This document shows positions 27,017 to 36,460 of a DNA stretch of 64,000 bases, piece after piece. The stretch spans positions 7,880-71,879 of IMG/VR virus record IMGVR_UViG_3300045242_000214. The stretch is one strand, 5' to 3'. The translations under genes and the position numbers were made by a program. The notes below the pieces were generated by a model. The model was not told the origin of the DNA. It did not search any database and saw only the letters and a list, made by a program, of their open reading frames with translations. This DNA is from a virus. How positions within the stretch are numbered: the first letter of the stretch is position 1; every line of letters starts with the position of its first letter.

Positions 27017-27709
27017 ATGTCCAAGCGTTCGCGAATCACTGATGAAGAGAGGCGCCAACGACAGCGTGAGGCCAATGCCCGCTACAGGGCGAATCACCCT
27101 GAGCGTGTAAAGGCGATTCCACGATCGCAGCTCCCCCCCGAAAAGGTTGCTCAACTCCGGGCGCGAGATCGAGAAGCGAAGAGACGCGCAAAAGAACGTC
27201 GCACTCCCGAGCAGATTGCGGCTCGCAAGGCGTATGATCGAGCGAGGTACCTGAGAGAGCATGATCGCTTCCTCGAGGCGGCGCGCCTGAAGCGCGAGCG
27301 CGACCCTGAAAAACATCGTGAGGGTGTGCGGCGTTCGGCAGCGAAACGTCGCGCTAGAGATCCGGAAGGAGACAAACGGCGACAAGCACAGGCGACGGCG
27401 AGATGGCGCGCTCGCAACCCCGAGAAGGCGCGCGAAATCGTAAAGGCCGTGCAGCGACGCCACGAGGCGAGGAAACGTGGGGCACAACGAACTGAGGCGG
27501 TACGCCTTCGAATCCTTGCTGAACGCGACGGCTGGCGCTGTCATATCTGTGGAAAGCTCGTGACTAAGAAGAACTGGTCGATGGACCATCTTGTGCCGAT
27601 CAGTAAGGGCGGTGACCACACGTACGACAACGTCTCGCTTGCTCATGTCAGTTGCAACGGCCGCCGCCAAGATGGGCGAACTCCAGCCCAACTTCTCTTC
27701 ATCGGCTGA
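27017..27709 (+). CDS. HNH endonuclease (antisense to structural operon)
   Basis: Arg-rich repeats then RDGWRCHICG...DHLVPISKGGDHTYDNVSLAHVSCN. Confidence 0.9.
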   Translation: MSKRSRITDEERRQRQREANARYRANHPERVKAIPRSQLPPEKVAQLRARDREAKRRAKERRTPEQIAARKAYDRARYLREHDRFLEAARLKRERDPEKHREGVRRSAAKRRARDPEGDKRRQAQATARWRARNPEKAREIVKAVQRRHEARKRGAQRTEAVRLRILAERDGWRCHICGKLVTKKNWSMDHLVPISKGGDHTYDNVSLAHVSCNGRRQDGRTPAQLLFIG

Positions 27710-27724
27710 TCTCACCGCATTCCC

Positions 27725-28306
27725 CTACTGCAGCCGCACGAGCCCGAGCTCGGCGAGAAGGTAGGCGACGTCACGCGCCAGCGTCTCCGACCCGAGCGAG
27801 AGCGTCGGCGGCGACGAGAGCCGCTTTACATACTCGGACAGATCCTGGTTCGCGCCTCGAGGCCCCTGGACGCCCTGTGCGCCCCTCTCGCCCGCCATGC
27901 CGCGCGGGCCAGGCGATCCGACAGGTCCGGCCGGGCCACGCTCGCCACCGTCTCCTCGCGGCCCCTGGGGGCCTTGTGGGCCGCGCTCGCCCTGCAGGCC
28001 ACGCACGATGGCCGGGATCGCGTACGGGCTGAGTTTCCCGTTGGCGTCGAGGCCTGCGTAGCCACCTGCCGTGTCCTTCTCTTCGACGGTCTGGTAGTCG
28101 CGTGAGAGGTCGGGCAGGTGACCGGATGTGAGCGGCGGGATGACCTCGGCGGGAAGGAGGCCGTTCTTGAGCGGTACGCCGACGGCCGGCTCGGCCAGGA
28201 AGGGATCCTCGATCGGCTCGAAGTCGACGTCGGGCTCCATCACGGCGGTCGCCTCCTGGTTGTGCGGGTACATCTTCTTGCCGGGGCCGTGCTCGTCGTC
28301 AGGCAT
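27725..28306 (-). CDS. collagen-like repeat protein
   Basis: G-X-Y run GLQGERGPQGPQGPRGDG; EKDTAGGYAGLDANGK motif; AAGGAG RBS. Confidence 0.75.
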   Translation of the reverse strand: MPDDEHGPGKKMYPHNQEATAVMEPDVDFEPIEDPFLAEPAVGVPLKNGLLPAEVIPPLTSGHLPDLSRDYQTVEEKDTAGGYAGLDANGKLSPYAIPAIVRGLQGERGPQGPQGPRGDGGERGPAGPVGSPGPRGMAGERGAQGVQGPRGANQDLSEYVKRLSSPPTLSLGSETLARDVAYLLAELGLVRLQ

Positions 28307-29432
28307 TCGCGGTCTCCTTCGTCTCGGCGAGTTTATCGTCAGCCAGTTCATACCATCCTCGGCCCCACAAACTGAGGAGCCGAGAAAACCAAGCGTCGTA
28401 AAGCGGCCCGACGGCCTCGAGCGAATAGCGGCCGACCGCGTAGGCGCGAATGGTCTCAGGGTCGAGGGTCACGCAGTCTTCGACAGCTTGGACGTACTCG
28501 GCCAGCGTGCGGCAGCGGAAGCCAGAGAGGCCGCTCTGGACCGTCTCCGTGAACGCACCGAAATCCGAGACAAGAACCGGGGTTCCCGCAAGCATCGCTT
28601 CGATTGCGACACCCCCGAACGGCTCAATGTACCGAGTTGGACAGAGAAGCGCTCGCGCACCAGTCAGCAGCTCGGCGCGAGTTTCGATGTCGACAGGGCC
28701 GACGTACTCGACGTGCGGGGCGGACAGGTCTACTTCATCCACGCTGCCACGGCGGGACTGGTTCGGCCCGGCCACGACGAGCCGCATCCCGGCTGCCCCG
28801 GCAATCTCAATGGCCTCCTGGACGCCCTTGCGCGGCGTAATACGACCCAGGTAGAGCAGATAGTCGCCGTCTCCCTGGTTCAGGTGAGGGAATTCGTCCG
28901 GATCGAAGAAGTTGGGGATGACGGCGTCGAAGTGTCGTCCGTCTTTGATTCCGCGCAGTCCGTAGACATGGTGCATCCAGGCGTACGACTCGAACGCGCA
29001 ATGCAGTGTCCCCGTGATGCCTTCGTAGCCGACGCCATACTCGACGGCCATCATCTCTGGGAAGGCGTCCGCGATGGGCTTCTGTGCCCAGCTCGTCGAA
29101 AGGAGCAGCAGGTCATGCGGCTGGGCGCGCTCCCGGATCGCGAGCGTCGCTCGTGCGTTGAAGACGCGCCACCAGTCGTCGGACGCCGCCCAGCCGACAT
29201 CCGGCATCACCTGCGGGCTGTGCGGTCCAAACCAGTCTTGACGTTCTTCTGCGCTGATCAGTGCGATGTGTTCCGTGCATTCGGCGTCGTTGCTCTCGCC
29301 TGCGTAGAGGTAGACCTTGTGGCCCGCGCGGCTGAACATCGTGCTCGCATGGCGAGCTTTGGCCGTGTAGGCACAACCTGCGAACTCGGCGGTCGTCTCC
29401 GTGTGCGGAAAGCCGAGAAGGTGGAGTCTCAC
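28299..29432 (-). CDS. glycosyltransferase family 4
   Basis: LLYLGRITPRKG, EPFGGVAIEAMLAGTPV (EX7E). Confidence 0.9.
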   Translation of the reverse strand: MRLHLLGFPHTETTAEFAGCAYTAKARHASTMFSRAGHKVYLYAGESNDAECTEHIALISAEERQDWFGPHSPQVMPDVGWAASDDWWRVFNARATLAIRERAQPHDLLLLSTSWAQKPIADAFPEMMAVEYGVGYEGITGTLHCAFESYAWMHHVYGLRGIKDGRHFDAVIPNFFDPDEFPHLNQGDGDYLLYLGRITPRKGVQEAIEIAGAAGMRLVVAGPNQSRRGSVDEVDLSAPHVEYVGPVDIETRAELLTGARALLCPTRYIEPFGGVAIEAMLAGTPVLVSDFGAFTETVQSGLSGFRCRTLAEYVQAVEDCVTLDPETIRAYAVGRYSLEAVGPLYDAWFSRLLSLWGRGWYELADDKLAETKETANA

Positions 29433-29435
29433 GAA

Positions 29436-29972
29436 CTAGCCGACCCGGATCGTGCGGACGTTCCCAGCCGAATCCTTCTCGCTGACCATCAAACCGCCGG
29501 TCACTGGAGTTTGGTCATACCAGATCCAGGCTGAGCCGTCTCTCATGTCCTGCGCCCACGGAGCCGCATGGGATGACGTAACGATCGCACCCGAGCCGGT
29601 GATCCCACCGATGAAGTTGTCGTTGGTGTCACGCACCGACAGGCGCGGCGTATCGGGGTAGACGTAGTAGTTGTACGACTCGAGCTCGCCGCCACTAGAG
29701 ATGGAGGCAACGGGGCTCGAGCCGATCTCCGAGATCAGCGTGTCGGCGGTGTTGTACCCATCCGCCGAGAGGATCAGTCGTGCCGTGTTCGAGCCAGTCG
29801 CGTGAATCCATGTCTGGCCGGACGAGTCAACTGACAGTCCGGTCTGCCCAGCGTTGTTCGCCAGGCTGAACGGAAGCAGACCAGTGTCGGCCGCTGCGAC
29901 ACCTCCAAGCGAAATGAACAGTGCAATCATGGCGACGATTAGTGCGGGTGATGGCCTAAGTCGTCTGAACAT
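29436..29972 (-). CDS. secreted hypothetical protein
   Basis: signal MFRRLRPSPALIVAMIALFISLGGVAAA; GGAGG RBS. Confidence 0.65.
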   Translation of the reverse strand: MFRRLRPSPALIVAMIALFISLGGVAAADTGLLPFSLANNAGQTGLSVDSSGQTWIHATGSNTARLILSADGYNTADTLISEIGSSPVASISSGGELESYNYYVYPDTPRLSVRDTNDNFIGGITGSGAIVTSSHAAPWAQDMRDGSAWIWYDQTPVTGGLMVSEKDSAGNVRTIRVG

Positions 29973-29983
29973 GCCTCCTCCTT

Positions 29984-32374
29984 TTACGAGTACCAGATGC
30001 GGCATTCGCCAGCGCCACCAACTCCGCCCGTACCGCCCGCTGCTGAGGAGGATGCGCTAGACGAACATCCCCCTCCGCCGCCGCCAGCCCCAACGCCGCC
30101 AGCGCCGCCGTTCTTGCCTGCGACCGCGGTGCCTCCGCCACCGCCCCCGCCGCCCTGGCCGCAATACGGTGTTGGGCCTTGGCCTCCGTCGCCGCCCTGG
30201 GCCGGAGTAGCGCCACCGCCACCGAGAGCGCCGCCGCCGCCGGTTGAGTAGGACTGGTTGTTGCCTCCCGCCGCCCCCACCGAGCCGACGTTGCCTGCGC
30301 TGGCTGCGCCACCTGAGCCGCCGCCTGGGCCTCCGAAGATGCTGCCGCCGCCCTGCTGCGGCCCTGCGAGACCACAGGAGCCGCCGCCAGCGCCCCCGAA
30401 CTCGGTTGCGTTACCGGCCGTGTTGGCACCGTTGATTAGTGCCGACTGACCGCCTGCGGCGGTTGTTGCAGACGCAGCTGTTGGAGTGCCTGCCGTGCCG
30501 ACGACGGCTGCGTTGAAGGCTGAGCCGCCGCAGCCGCCTGCTACACCAGCGGCCGTGCCGCCAGGACCCCCAGCGCCACTACCGGCCTTTACCAGGGTGC
30601 CGAATGTGGTCGCGGCCCCATTGGCGCCGTTCGATCCGTTCGCGCCCGCACCAGAAGCTCCCCCGCCGCCTGCGCCCGAACCGCCTGCGCCGACGGTGAC
30701 GGTAATCGTTGTTCCCGCGGCTCCGAGTGAGGCAACTGTCGGGTGAGCTATCGCGACCCCACCGCCTCCACCGCCAGAGCCGCCAGTCTTGTTGGTTGAA
30801 ACGCAGGAAGCACCGCCGCCGCCCTGGCCGCCACCACCGATGCAGACAACCTGGATCTTCTCGATGCCTGTAGGGACGATAAAGTTGCCGCCCGTCGGCG
30901 TAAATTTCGCATAGCCTCCATCAAGCAGCTGGGAGAAGAAGTTCGCGCCGTTGCACTCGATCAGGCGTGTCTCGCCCGAGTACATCGTGATCGTGGTGAG
31001 TCCGTCGATCGTCTCGGAGGCATTGGGATCGACGACAAGGACGGTCGTGCCGCCTTGGGTGTCGTTCTTGATGATGCACCACCAGCCTGCGCCGAGCGTC
31101 GCCGCAGCGGTGATTGTCTGGGTGTACGCGGAGGTAGCGCAAATGACAGCGCCGAGATCACCGGCAGCGAGGATCGTGTTGGATGAACGGGCGGAACGAG
31201 TGATGCCAGGTCCTGTTGGTCCAGTGGCCCCGGTAGGTCCTGTCGGCCCGGTTGCGCCTGTGGTTCCGACGCCCGTAGGTCCTGTCGCTCCCGTAGGCCC
31301 AGCAGCGCCGGTCGCGCCGCTGGCTCCGGTTGGGCCAGTCGAACCTGCAGGCCCCGTCGGCCCTGTAGCACCGATCGCGCCCTCCGTGATCGGGGACGCC
31401 ACATTCGAGGCGTGCGTGTTGCCGTCGAAGACGAAATGCACCGTCCGCGCCACAGCCGACGTGGTCTTCGCGAATACTTTGACCACGATTCGGTCGGTCG
31501 CAGCCAACACCGTCGCTGTCGAAGTGGTGTAACTAAGCAGTTCCTCGGCCACCGAGGTCGAGATCAGACCGCCAGTCGAGGCGACGTTGAAAATCTCCGT
31601 CTCGCTCCCGCCAGCGGTCCGCTGATAGACGCGGAAGACGAGTTGGGTGACACCGACGATCGTGTCGACATAGGTCCAGAAGTCGAACTTCCAGAGGCCC
31701 GGATCGAGTTGGACGATCCCAGGGAAGCCGACCGGGGACGCGAACGCTTGGATCAGCTTCTCACCGTCGGCGGACGCGACGGAGACGGATGCGTCTGCTT
31801 CCGTACCGCCGGAAGGAGTGTCAGCGATCACATCGTAGGTCGAGATTCCGGAAGCGACGTTCTGGAAGTAGAGGATCAGTCCGGTTGTTGCGGCTCCCGT
31901 CGCTCCTGTGGGACCAGTAGCACCCGTCGTGCCTACTCCCGTTGGACCCGTCGGCCCGGTGGCACCTGCTGCTCCGGCCCCTCCTGTGGGTCCCGTGGCG
32001 CCCGTAGCGCCGATGCCTGTCGGACCCGTTGGGCCTGTCGGGCCTGCGACACCAGCCGCGCCCGTAGCGCCAGTCGGCCCTGTGCTGCCGACGCCCGTGG
32101 GTCCGGTCGCGCCGCTGGGTCCAATCGCGCCAGTCGGACCAACTGCGCCGGTGACGCCAGTAACCCCGGTTGGGCCAGTCGCTCCTGTCGGACCCGGAAC
32201 GGTCGAGTCGGCCCCCGTTGCTCCGGTGGGTCCAATCGGCCCGGTCGCACCCGTCGCGCCAACATCACCTGTTGGCCCTGTCGGGCCAGCGACGGTACTG
32301 TCGGCGCCAGTTGGCCCAGTAGGGCCGGTTGCGCCTTGCGCCCCGGTTACGGCTTCAAATGCTGAGTTGCTCAT
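29984..32374 (-). CDS. collagen-like (G-X-T) and glycine-rich fibre protein
   Basis: long GATGPT repeats in two blocks; C-terminal Gly-rich domain ending GECRIWYS. Confidence 0.85.
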   Translation of the reverse strand: MSNSAFEAVTGAQGATGPTGPTGADSTVAGPTGPTGDVGATGATGPIGPTGATGADSTVPGPTGATGPTGVTGVTGAVGPTGAIGPSGATGPTGVGSTGPTGATGAAGVAGPTGPTGPTGIGATGATGPTGGAGAAGATGPTGPTGVGTTGATGPTGATGAATTGLILYFQNVASGISTYDVIADTPSGGTEADASVSVASADGEKLIQAFASPVGFPGIVQLDPGLWKFDFWTYVDTIVGVTQLVFRVYQRTAGGSETEIFNVASTGGLISTSVAEELLSYTTSTATVLAATDRIVVKVFAKTTSAVARTVHFVFDGNTHASNVASPITEGAIGATGPTGPAGSTGPTGASGATGAAGPTGATGPTGVGTTGATGPTGPTGATGPTGPGITRSARSSNTILAAGDLGAVICATSAYTQTITAAATLGAGWWCIIKNDTQGGTTVLVVDPNASETIDGLTTITMYSGETRLIECNGANFFSQLLDGGYAKFTPTGGNFIVPTGIEKIQVVCIGGGGQGGGGASCVSTNKTGGSGGGGGGVAIAHPTVASLGAAGTTITVTVGAGGSGAGGGGASGAGANGSNGANGAATTFGTLVKAGSGAGGPGGTAAGVAGGCGGSAFNAAVVGTAGTPTAASATTAAGGQSALINGANTAGNATEFGGAGGGSCGLAGPQQGGGSIFGGPGGGSGGAASAGNVGSVGAAGGNNQSYSTGGGGALGGGGATPAQGGDGGQGPTPYCGQGGGGGGGGTAVAGKNGGAGGVGAGGGGGGCSSSASSSAAGGTGGVGGAGECRIWYS

Positions 32375-32400
32375 GGGTTACCGAGGCTCGATTCGATGCC

Positions 32401-33684
32401 CTACCCGGCGCTCACTTTGAGCGTCCCCGCCGAGTTCCAGAGACGCCCGGCGACGTGAGGGTCTGCGGTGGGTAGGAGCGGCATGTCGATTTCGCCGTGT
32501 CCTCGAATGGCGAATCCGATGTCCACTCCATCGTTGACGTAGACGTTGACGGCGTCGTTGTCGGCGTCGTTGGCGGTGAGGAGGGTGCCGTGCGCGTTGA
32601 CGAAGATGCCGTATCCGTTACAGCTGACGTAGAGCAGGTAGTTCGTCTGGTTTTCGCCCGCTCCCACGACGGAGAGACAAGCCTCGTCGGGGTTGCCCGA
32701 CTCGATGGAGACTGCGCCGCCAGACGTAACTCGGAAGACACTGCTGCCTCGATAGGTGAATGGATAGGTGGCCTCTTTGCTCGGTACGAAGGAGTTGTTG
32801 AATCCCGGCAAGAGGGTGAAGCTGAGCACCAGCGTTACGCCGCGGATCGCCGTGAAAATCTCGTCAAGCGTGCTAATAGGCGTGTCGCCGGAGTCGGTCG
32901 CATAGTGGACGGTCAGCGTCGTTCCAACTAGATCTACGGAGAGAGGTGACGATGGGCCATCGTCGGTGAACACGATCTCCGTGACTGTGACGCCGTCGCC
33001 CTGGATTAGCCAGCCGATGTCGCTGGCGATGAAGTAGTAACCGAGGCCGGGAGAAAACGCCTTGAACAGATCCCCGCTCTGGCTGTCGAGCCCGTCGATC
33101 TGGAGCGGTGTCTTACTGCCAGCATCGACCGCCGCGGTGACTTCGCCGCTGGTGTTGTCGGCTGTCCACGGGTCGGGCAGCGAACCGCCGCCCGAGGCCG
33201 CGATCACCTCACCCCGGAAGTTGAACAGATACCCCGACGACGACGAATCCGCGATCAACAACGGCTTCGACACCTGCCCCACCGTCGCCGGATCCGTAGG
33301 CGACAACGCCCCCGGAGTCGTCGCTGACAGAAAGTACACGTCGCCCGGCGTCAACCCGGACAGGCCCGTGATATACCCCGACAGCTGCAACGTGAAATGG
33401 TTCGCGTCTGCGACCGCAGAAACAAGACCAACCACCTCCGCGTCAGCCGCCGAATCAGCTTGCGCCTTCACATAGTTCGTGCCGTCAAAACGCACCGCAT
33501 CACCGACCACCAGCATGTGATCCACCTGCTGAACCGGACGCGTATTCCCCGAACCGCCGCCTCCGCCCTGGCTCGGCTTCCAGTTCGGCTCCAAATCGTC
33601 GTTCAGAGTCAGAACCCAGTCGACATCAACAGCATCGACCGGCACATCGTCGTTAGCCGTCTGCACGCGCGGCGAAGGAGCCAC
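32401..33684 (-). CDS. fibre / virion structural protein
   Basis: VGDAVRFDGTNYVKAQADS...VVGLV...GLTPGDVYFLS domain; C-terminal LPTADPHVAGRLWNSAGTLKVSAG. Confidence 0.7.
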   Translation of the reverse strand: MAPSPRVQTANDDVPVDAVDVDWVLTLNDDLEPNWKPSQGGGGGSGNTRPVQQVDHMLVVGDAVRFDGTNYVKAQADSAADAEVVGLVSAVADANHFTLQLSGYITGLSGLTPGDVYFLSATTPGALSPTDPATVGQVSKPLLIADSSSSGYLFNFRGEVIAASGGGSLPDPWTADNTSGEVTAAVDAGSKTPLQIDGLDSQSGDLFKAFSPGLGYYFIASDIGWLIQGDGVTVTEIVFTDDGPSSPLSVDLVGTTLTVHYATDSGDTPISTLDEIFTAIRGVTLVLSFTLLPGFNNSFVPSKEATYPFTYRGSSVFRVTSGGAVSIESGNPDEACLSVVGAGENQTNYLLYVSCNGYGIFVNAHGTLLTANDADNDAVNVYVNDGVDIGFAIRGHGEIDMPLLPTADPHVAGRLWNSAGTLKVSAG

Positions 33685-33777
33685 CGCTAGCCGCCCCTAC
33701 GAGCCAGAACCGTTGTGTACACGCATCTGCTGGCCCGCGCTAGTGACCGCGGCCTGGACGGCCAGCACAGCCACCGA

Positions 33778-34230
33778 CTACCCCTTGTCCAGGGCTGCCT
33801 GGGCTGAGACAGCCCGACGCTTGCCGCGAACGTGCATCCCGTCCGACAACTCGTAGGTGCCGCCGCCGAGATGGTTCGGGTACTTGATCTCCTGCTCCGG
33901 CGGCTCCTCGTCCTCTGGTGCCTCCAACTTGGGCTCCTCGAGCGAGATCGGGGCCTTGCCCTCGTAAGCAAGATACTGGCGCGTCGGGTCGGTCAGGCCG
34001 TACGGCGGAGGAGACGCCGGTCGGGCGCCCGCGACGTCATCACCGGGATCGGCGACGTTGATCGCGATGCGCGTGATCGTGTCGTTCCCCTCCATGTGAT
34101 GCGCCGCCTGGCCCCAGTCGTTCGCGGGGACACGGTCTCCGGGAGCGTAGGTAACGACCGTCCCAGAGCCGAGCGGATGCTCGGCCTGGAACGGCTTCTT
34201 GGCTACCCAGTCGAATTCGACGTGAGCCAT
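33778..34230 (-). CDS. hypothetical protein downstream of capsid
   Basis: C-terminal HLGGGTYELSDG..VRGK motif typical of capsid-adjacent genes. Confidence 0.6.
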   Translation of the reverse strand: MAHVEFDWVAKKPFQAEHPLGSGTVVTYAPGDRVPANDWGQAAHHMEGNDTITRIAINVADPGDDVAGARPASPPPYGLTDPTRQYLAYEGKAPISLEEPKLEAPEDEEPPEQEIKYPNHLGGGTYELSDGMHVRGKRRAVSAQAALDKG

Positions 34231-34235
34231 CTCGA

Positions 34236-35228
34236 CTAGACGGAGACCGCGTTGAGGAAGAACGAACCCAGGTCAGCTCCGACGATCTTGCAGGCGAAGG
34301 CGAGTTCGGCCTCGACCCGGACGGTGCCGATCCCCAGCCACGGCATCGGAATCTGCGAGACGCGAGACCCGAAGGCCCCGGCGCCGAGCAGTCCGACCCA
34401 GGTGAAGATATAGCCGGCGGACGGAACCATGATCCCCGGCTCCGGCTCTGCGTAGAGCAGCAGCGCGTCCTTCGTCGGGGTGATGAACTGAAAGTTGTCC
34501 GCCGCCCCCTCCGCCGCGTTGTTGTAGATCGCCGCGGCGACGAGAACCTGGAAGTCGGGCACGCCAGGCGGGGCGATCAGCGACGCCAAGAGCTCCGGCG
34601 TCGTGATGCCGCGCTGCGTGTACTTGATCCTCTGCACGATCTCGTCGTGGTTCTTCAGGACCTCCCAGACACGCGGGCCGAGCACGAAGCGGTTGGGGAA
34701 CTTGCCGGTCACCTGCTTAACTGCCCAGATCTGCGCCTCGATGTCCTCGAGCGGCGTCGAGTTGGCGAGATTCCACTGCGGCGACGGGGTGATGTCGCCG
34801 CCCGTCGTGGAGCCCGTCCAGGTGCTCGTCGCCATCACCGTCTGCGCGACGATGATCTCCCGCTTGAGCATGATCCGGTGCGTCGTCCACAGGGTCGCGT
34901 CGCGGTCGGCGTTCAGCGGCACGTCCGAGTTCGCCCGGATCTGCGGGTCGACGTCCTTATGGATCGCCCAGACGGGGGCGTAGTAGGACGGCGTGTTGTC
35001 GAGGTTGTAGCCGGACCCTGCCGACGGGGTTCCCGGTGCCCGCTGCTGTGCTTCGTCGCGGAACCAGTCGCCCTTCGTGTAGACGAAGTAGCGGTCGGAC
35101 TGCTTCTGCACCGGCACGATCGGGAAGATCTTGTCGGCGATGTAGTCGGAGGCGTCTTGCATATACGCCTGTGAGATATTTGTTAACGGTCTGTTAACAT
35201 GTACGCTAGACAACTGCGGCTCAGGAAT
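34236..35228 (-). CDS. major capsid protein (probable ATT start)
   Basis: VHVNRPLTNISQAYMQ..YIADKIFPIVPVQKQSDRY phage capsid E-like; GGAGG 8 nt before ATT35228; alternative start TTG35213. Confidence 0.9.
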   Translation of the reverse strand: MPEPQLSSVHVNRPLTNISQAYMQDASDYIADKIFPIVPVQKQSDRYFVYTKGDWFRDEAQQRAPGTPSAGSGYNLDNTPSYYAPVWAIHKDVDPQIRANSDVPLNADRDATLWTTHRIMLKREIIVAQTVMATSTWTGSTTGGDITPSPQWNLANSTPLEDIEAQIWAVKQVTGKFPNRFVLGPRVWEVLKNHDEIVQRIKYTQRGITTPELLASLIAPPGVPDFQVLVAAAIYNNAAEGAADNFQFITPTKDALLLYAEPEPGIMVPSAGYIFTWVGLLGAGAFGSRVSQIPMPWLGIGTVRVEAELAFACKIVGADLGSFFLNAVSV

Positions 35229-35280
35229 CGGACTCGCCTCCCCTCAGTTCATGTAAGATGATGGGACCTACTAGAAGGGA

Positions 35281-36060
35281 GTGGCTCCTATGCCGAAGCG
35301 CATCCCAGCAGACCGCAACGCGATCTTGGATCTCTACGAACAGCTTGGAAACGCGCAGGAAGTGGCGCGACGAATGAACCTCCATCCCGGAACGGTCTAC
35401 AAGGCGATTCGCCTTGGTCGTGGACTGTGTGCTGCTGGCTGCAACCGACCTGCTAAAGCGAACCGGGCCTACTGCGAGCCATGTCTCGAGCGTCTTGCAA
35501 AGAGATCCCAGGCTGTACGTGCCGAGCGCCGCCGTCTGGGACTTTGCTTCTACTGCGATGAGCGTGTCGATGCGCCGGTCTCGCGACAGTTCTGCGCAGT
35601 CCACCGGATTGAGCAACTCGACAAGCAGAGAGACCGTGCTACGCAGCGTCACAAGGAACGCACTAAGGCCGGCCCGCTCACCACAGGTGTGGCTCTGGCG
35701 AAGCGGGAGCGAACAATCAAGTGGCTCTACCGACCTGGCGGCATGGAGGCGTGGGAACGAGACAGGAAGCGGTGCGTGATTTGCGGAACGCACTTTGGTC
35801 AAGCCAAGATCCACATTCACCACATCGACCTTGACGGGAAGAACAACGCCGCCGAAAACCTCGTCTGCCTCTGCTTCGACTGCCACGAACTGGTCCATCG
35901 CCTTCTTAGGGCGCGAAAGCCCACAAAGGCCGTGACCTGGACTCGTCGTACGTACCCCGGCTTCCAACCGCCGCCGGGGTACGACGCGGATCTTGCCTTC
36001 GTCACGGAGAGCGACAGACGACACGCAGCAGCCTCTACGCCGCCAGGCCGCTCGGCCTGA
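35281..36060 (+). CDS. HNH endonuclease with N-terminal HTH and Zn fingers (antisense)
   Basis: RDRKRCVICG...HIHHIDLDGKNNAAENLVCLCFDCHELVH. Confidence 0.88.
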   Translation: MAPMPKRIPADRNAILDLYEQLGNAQEVARRMNLHPGTVYKAIRLGRGLCAAGCNRPAKANRAYCEPCLERLAKRSQAVRAERRRLGLCFYCDERVDAPVSRQFCAVHRIEQLDKQRDRATQRHKERTKAGPLTTGVALAKRERTIKWLYRPGGMEAWERDRKRCVICGTHFGQAKIHIHHIDLDGKNNAAENLVCLCFDCHELVHRLLRARKPTKAVTWTRRTYPGFQPPPGYDADLAFVTESDRRHAAASTPPGRSA

Positions 36061-36460
36061 ACAGCATCGCGGTGTAGGAACCGGAGGCGCCTGCCTGCTC
36101 CGCGATTCCTAGTACCTGGCTTCCGGAGACGGTGTAAGGCGTCCCGGTGAACACGGTCGCTCCCGTGTAGGCTACTGCCTTCCCGGCCGAGTCGGACGAG
36201 AGCTTGTCACCTGCGTTGAACGTGCCGCCCGCCTGGACCTTCGTGCCGCCCAGGAACCTCACCTCGGAGGCGAGCGGGGTGCCCGCGGTGCCGACGGGGG
36301 TGTCCTGGATGACGCCGAACGCGAGTGCGCCCGCGCCGCAGACGTCCATGTAGCCGTCGGAGCCGAGCACGACGAACTTGAACTGGTTGCCCGTCATGTC
36401 GATGTCGGTCAGGAGCGTGGTGTCGAGACCGACGTTGGTGCCGTAGGCAGGTCCTGCCAT
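36035..36460 (-). CDS. capsid decoration / cement protein (DUF2190-like)
   Basis: QFKFVVL...GVIQDTP...GGTKVQAG...GDKLSSDSAGKAV; lies before capsid. Confidence 0.75.
   Translation of the reverse strand: MAGPAYGTNVGLDTTLLTDIDMTGNQFKFVVLGSDGYMDVCGAGALAFGVIQDTPVGTAGTPLASEVRFLGGTKVQAGGTFNAGDKLSSDSAGKAVAYTGATVFTGTPYTVSGSQVLGIAEQAGASGSYTAMLFRPSGLAA

Noticed and set aside
29984-32374. Tandem DNA repeats that might suggest a CRISPR array or VNTR
   Set aside because: Degenerate 9-nt periodicity from collagen codons; no constant repeat with unique spacers.
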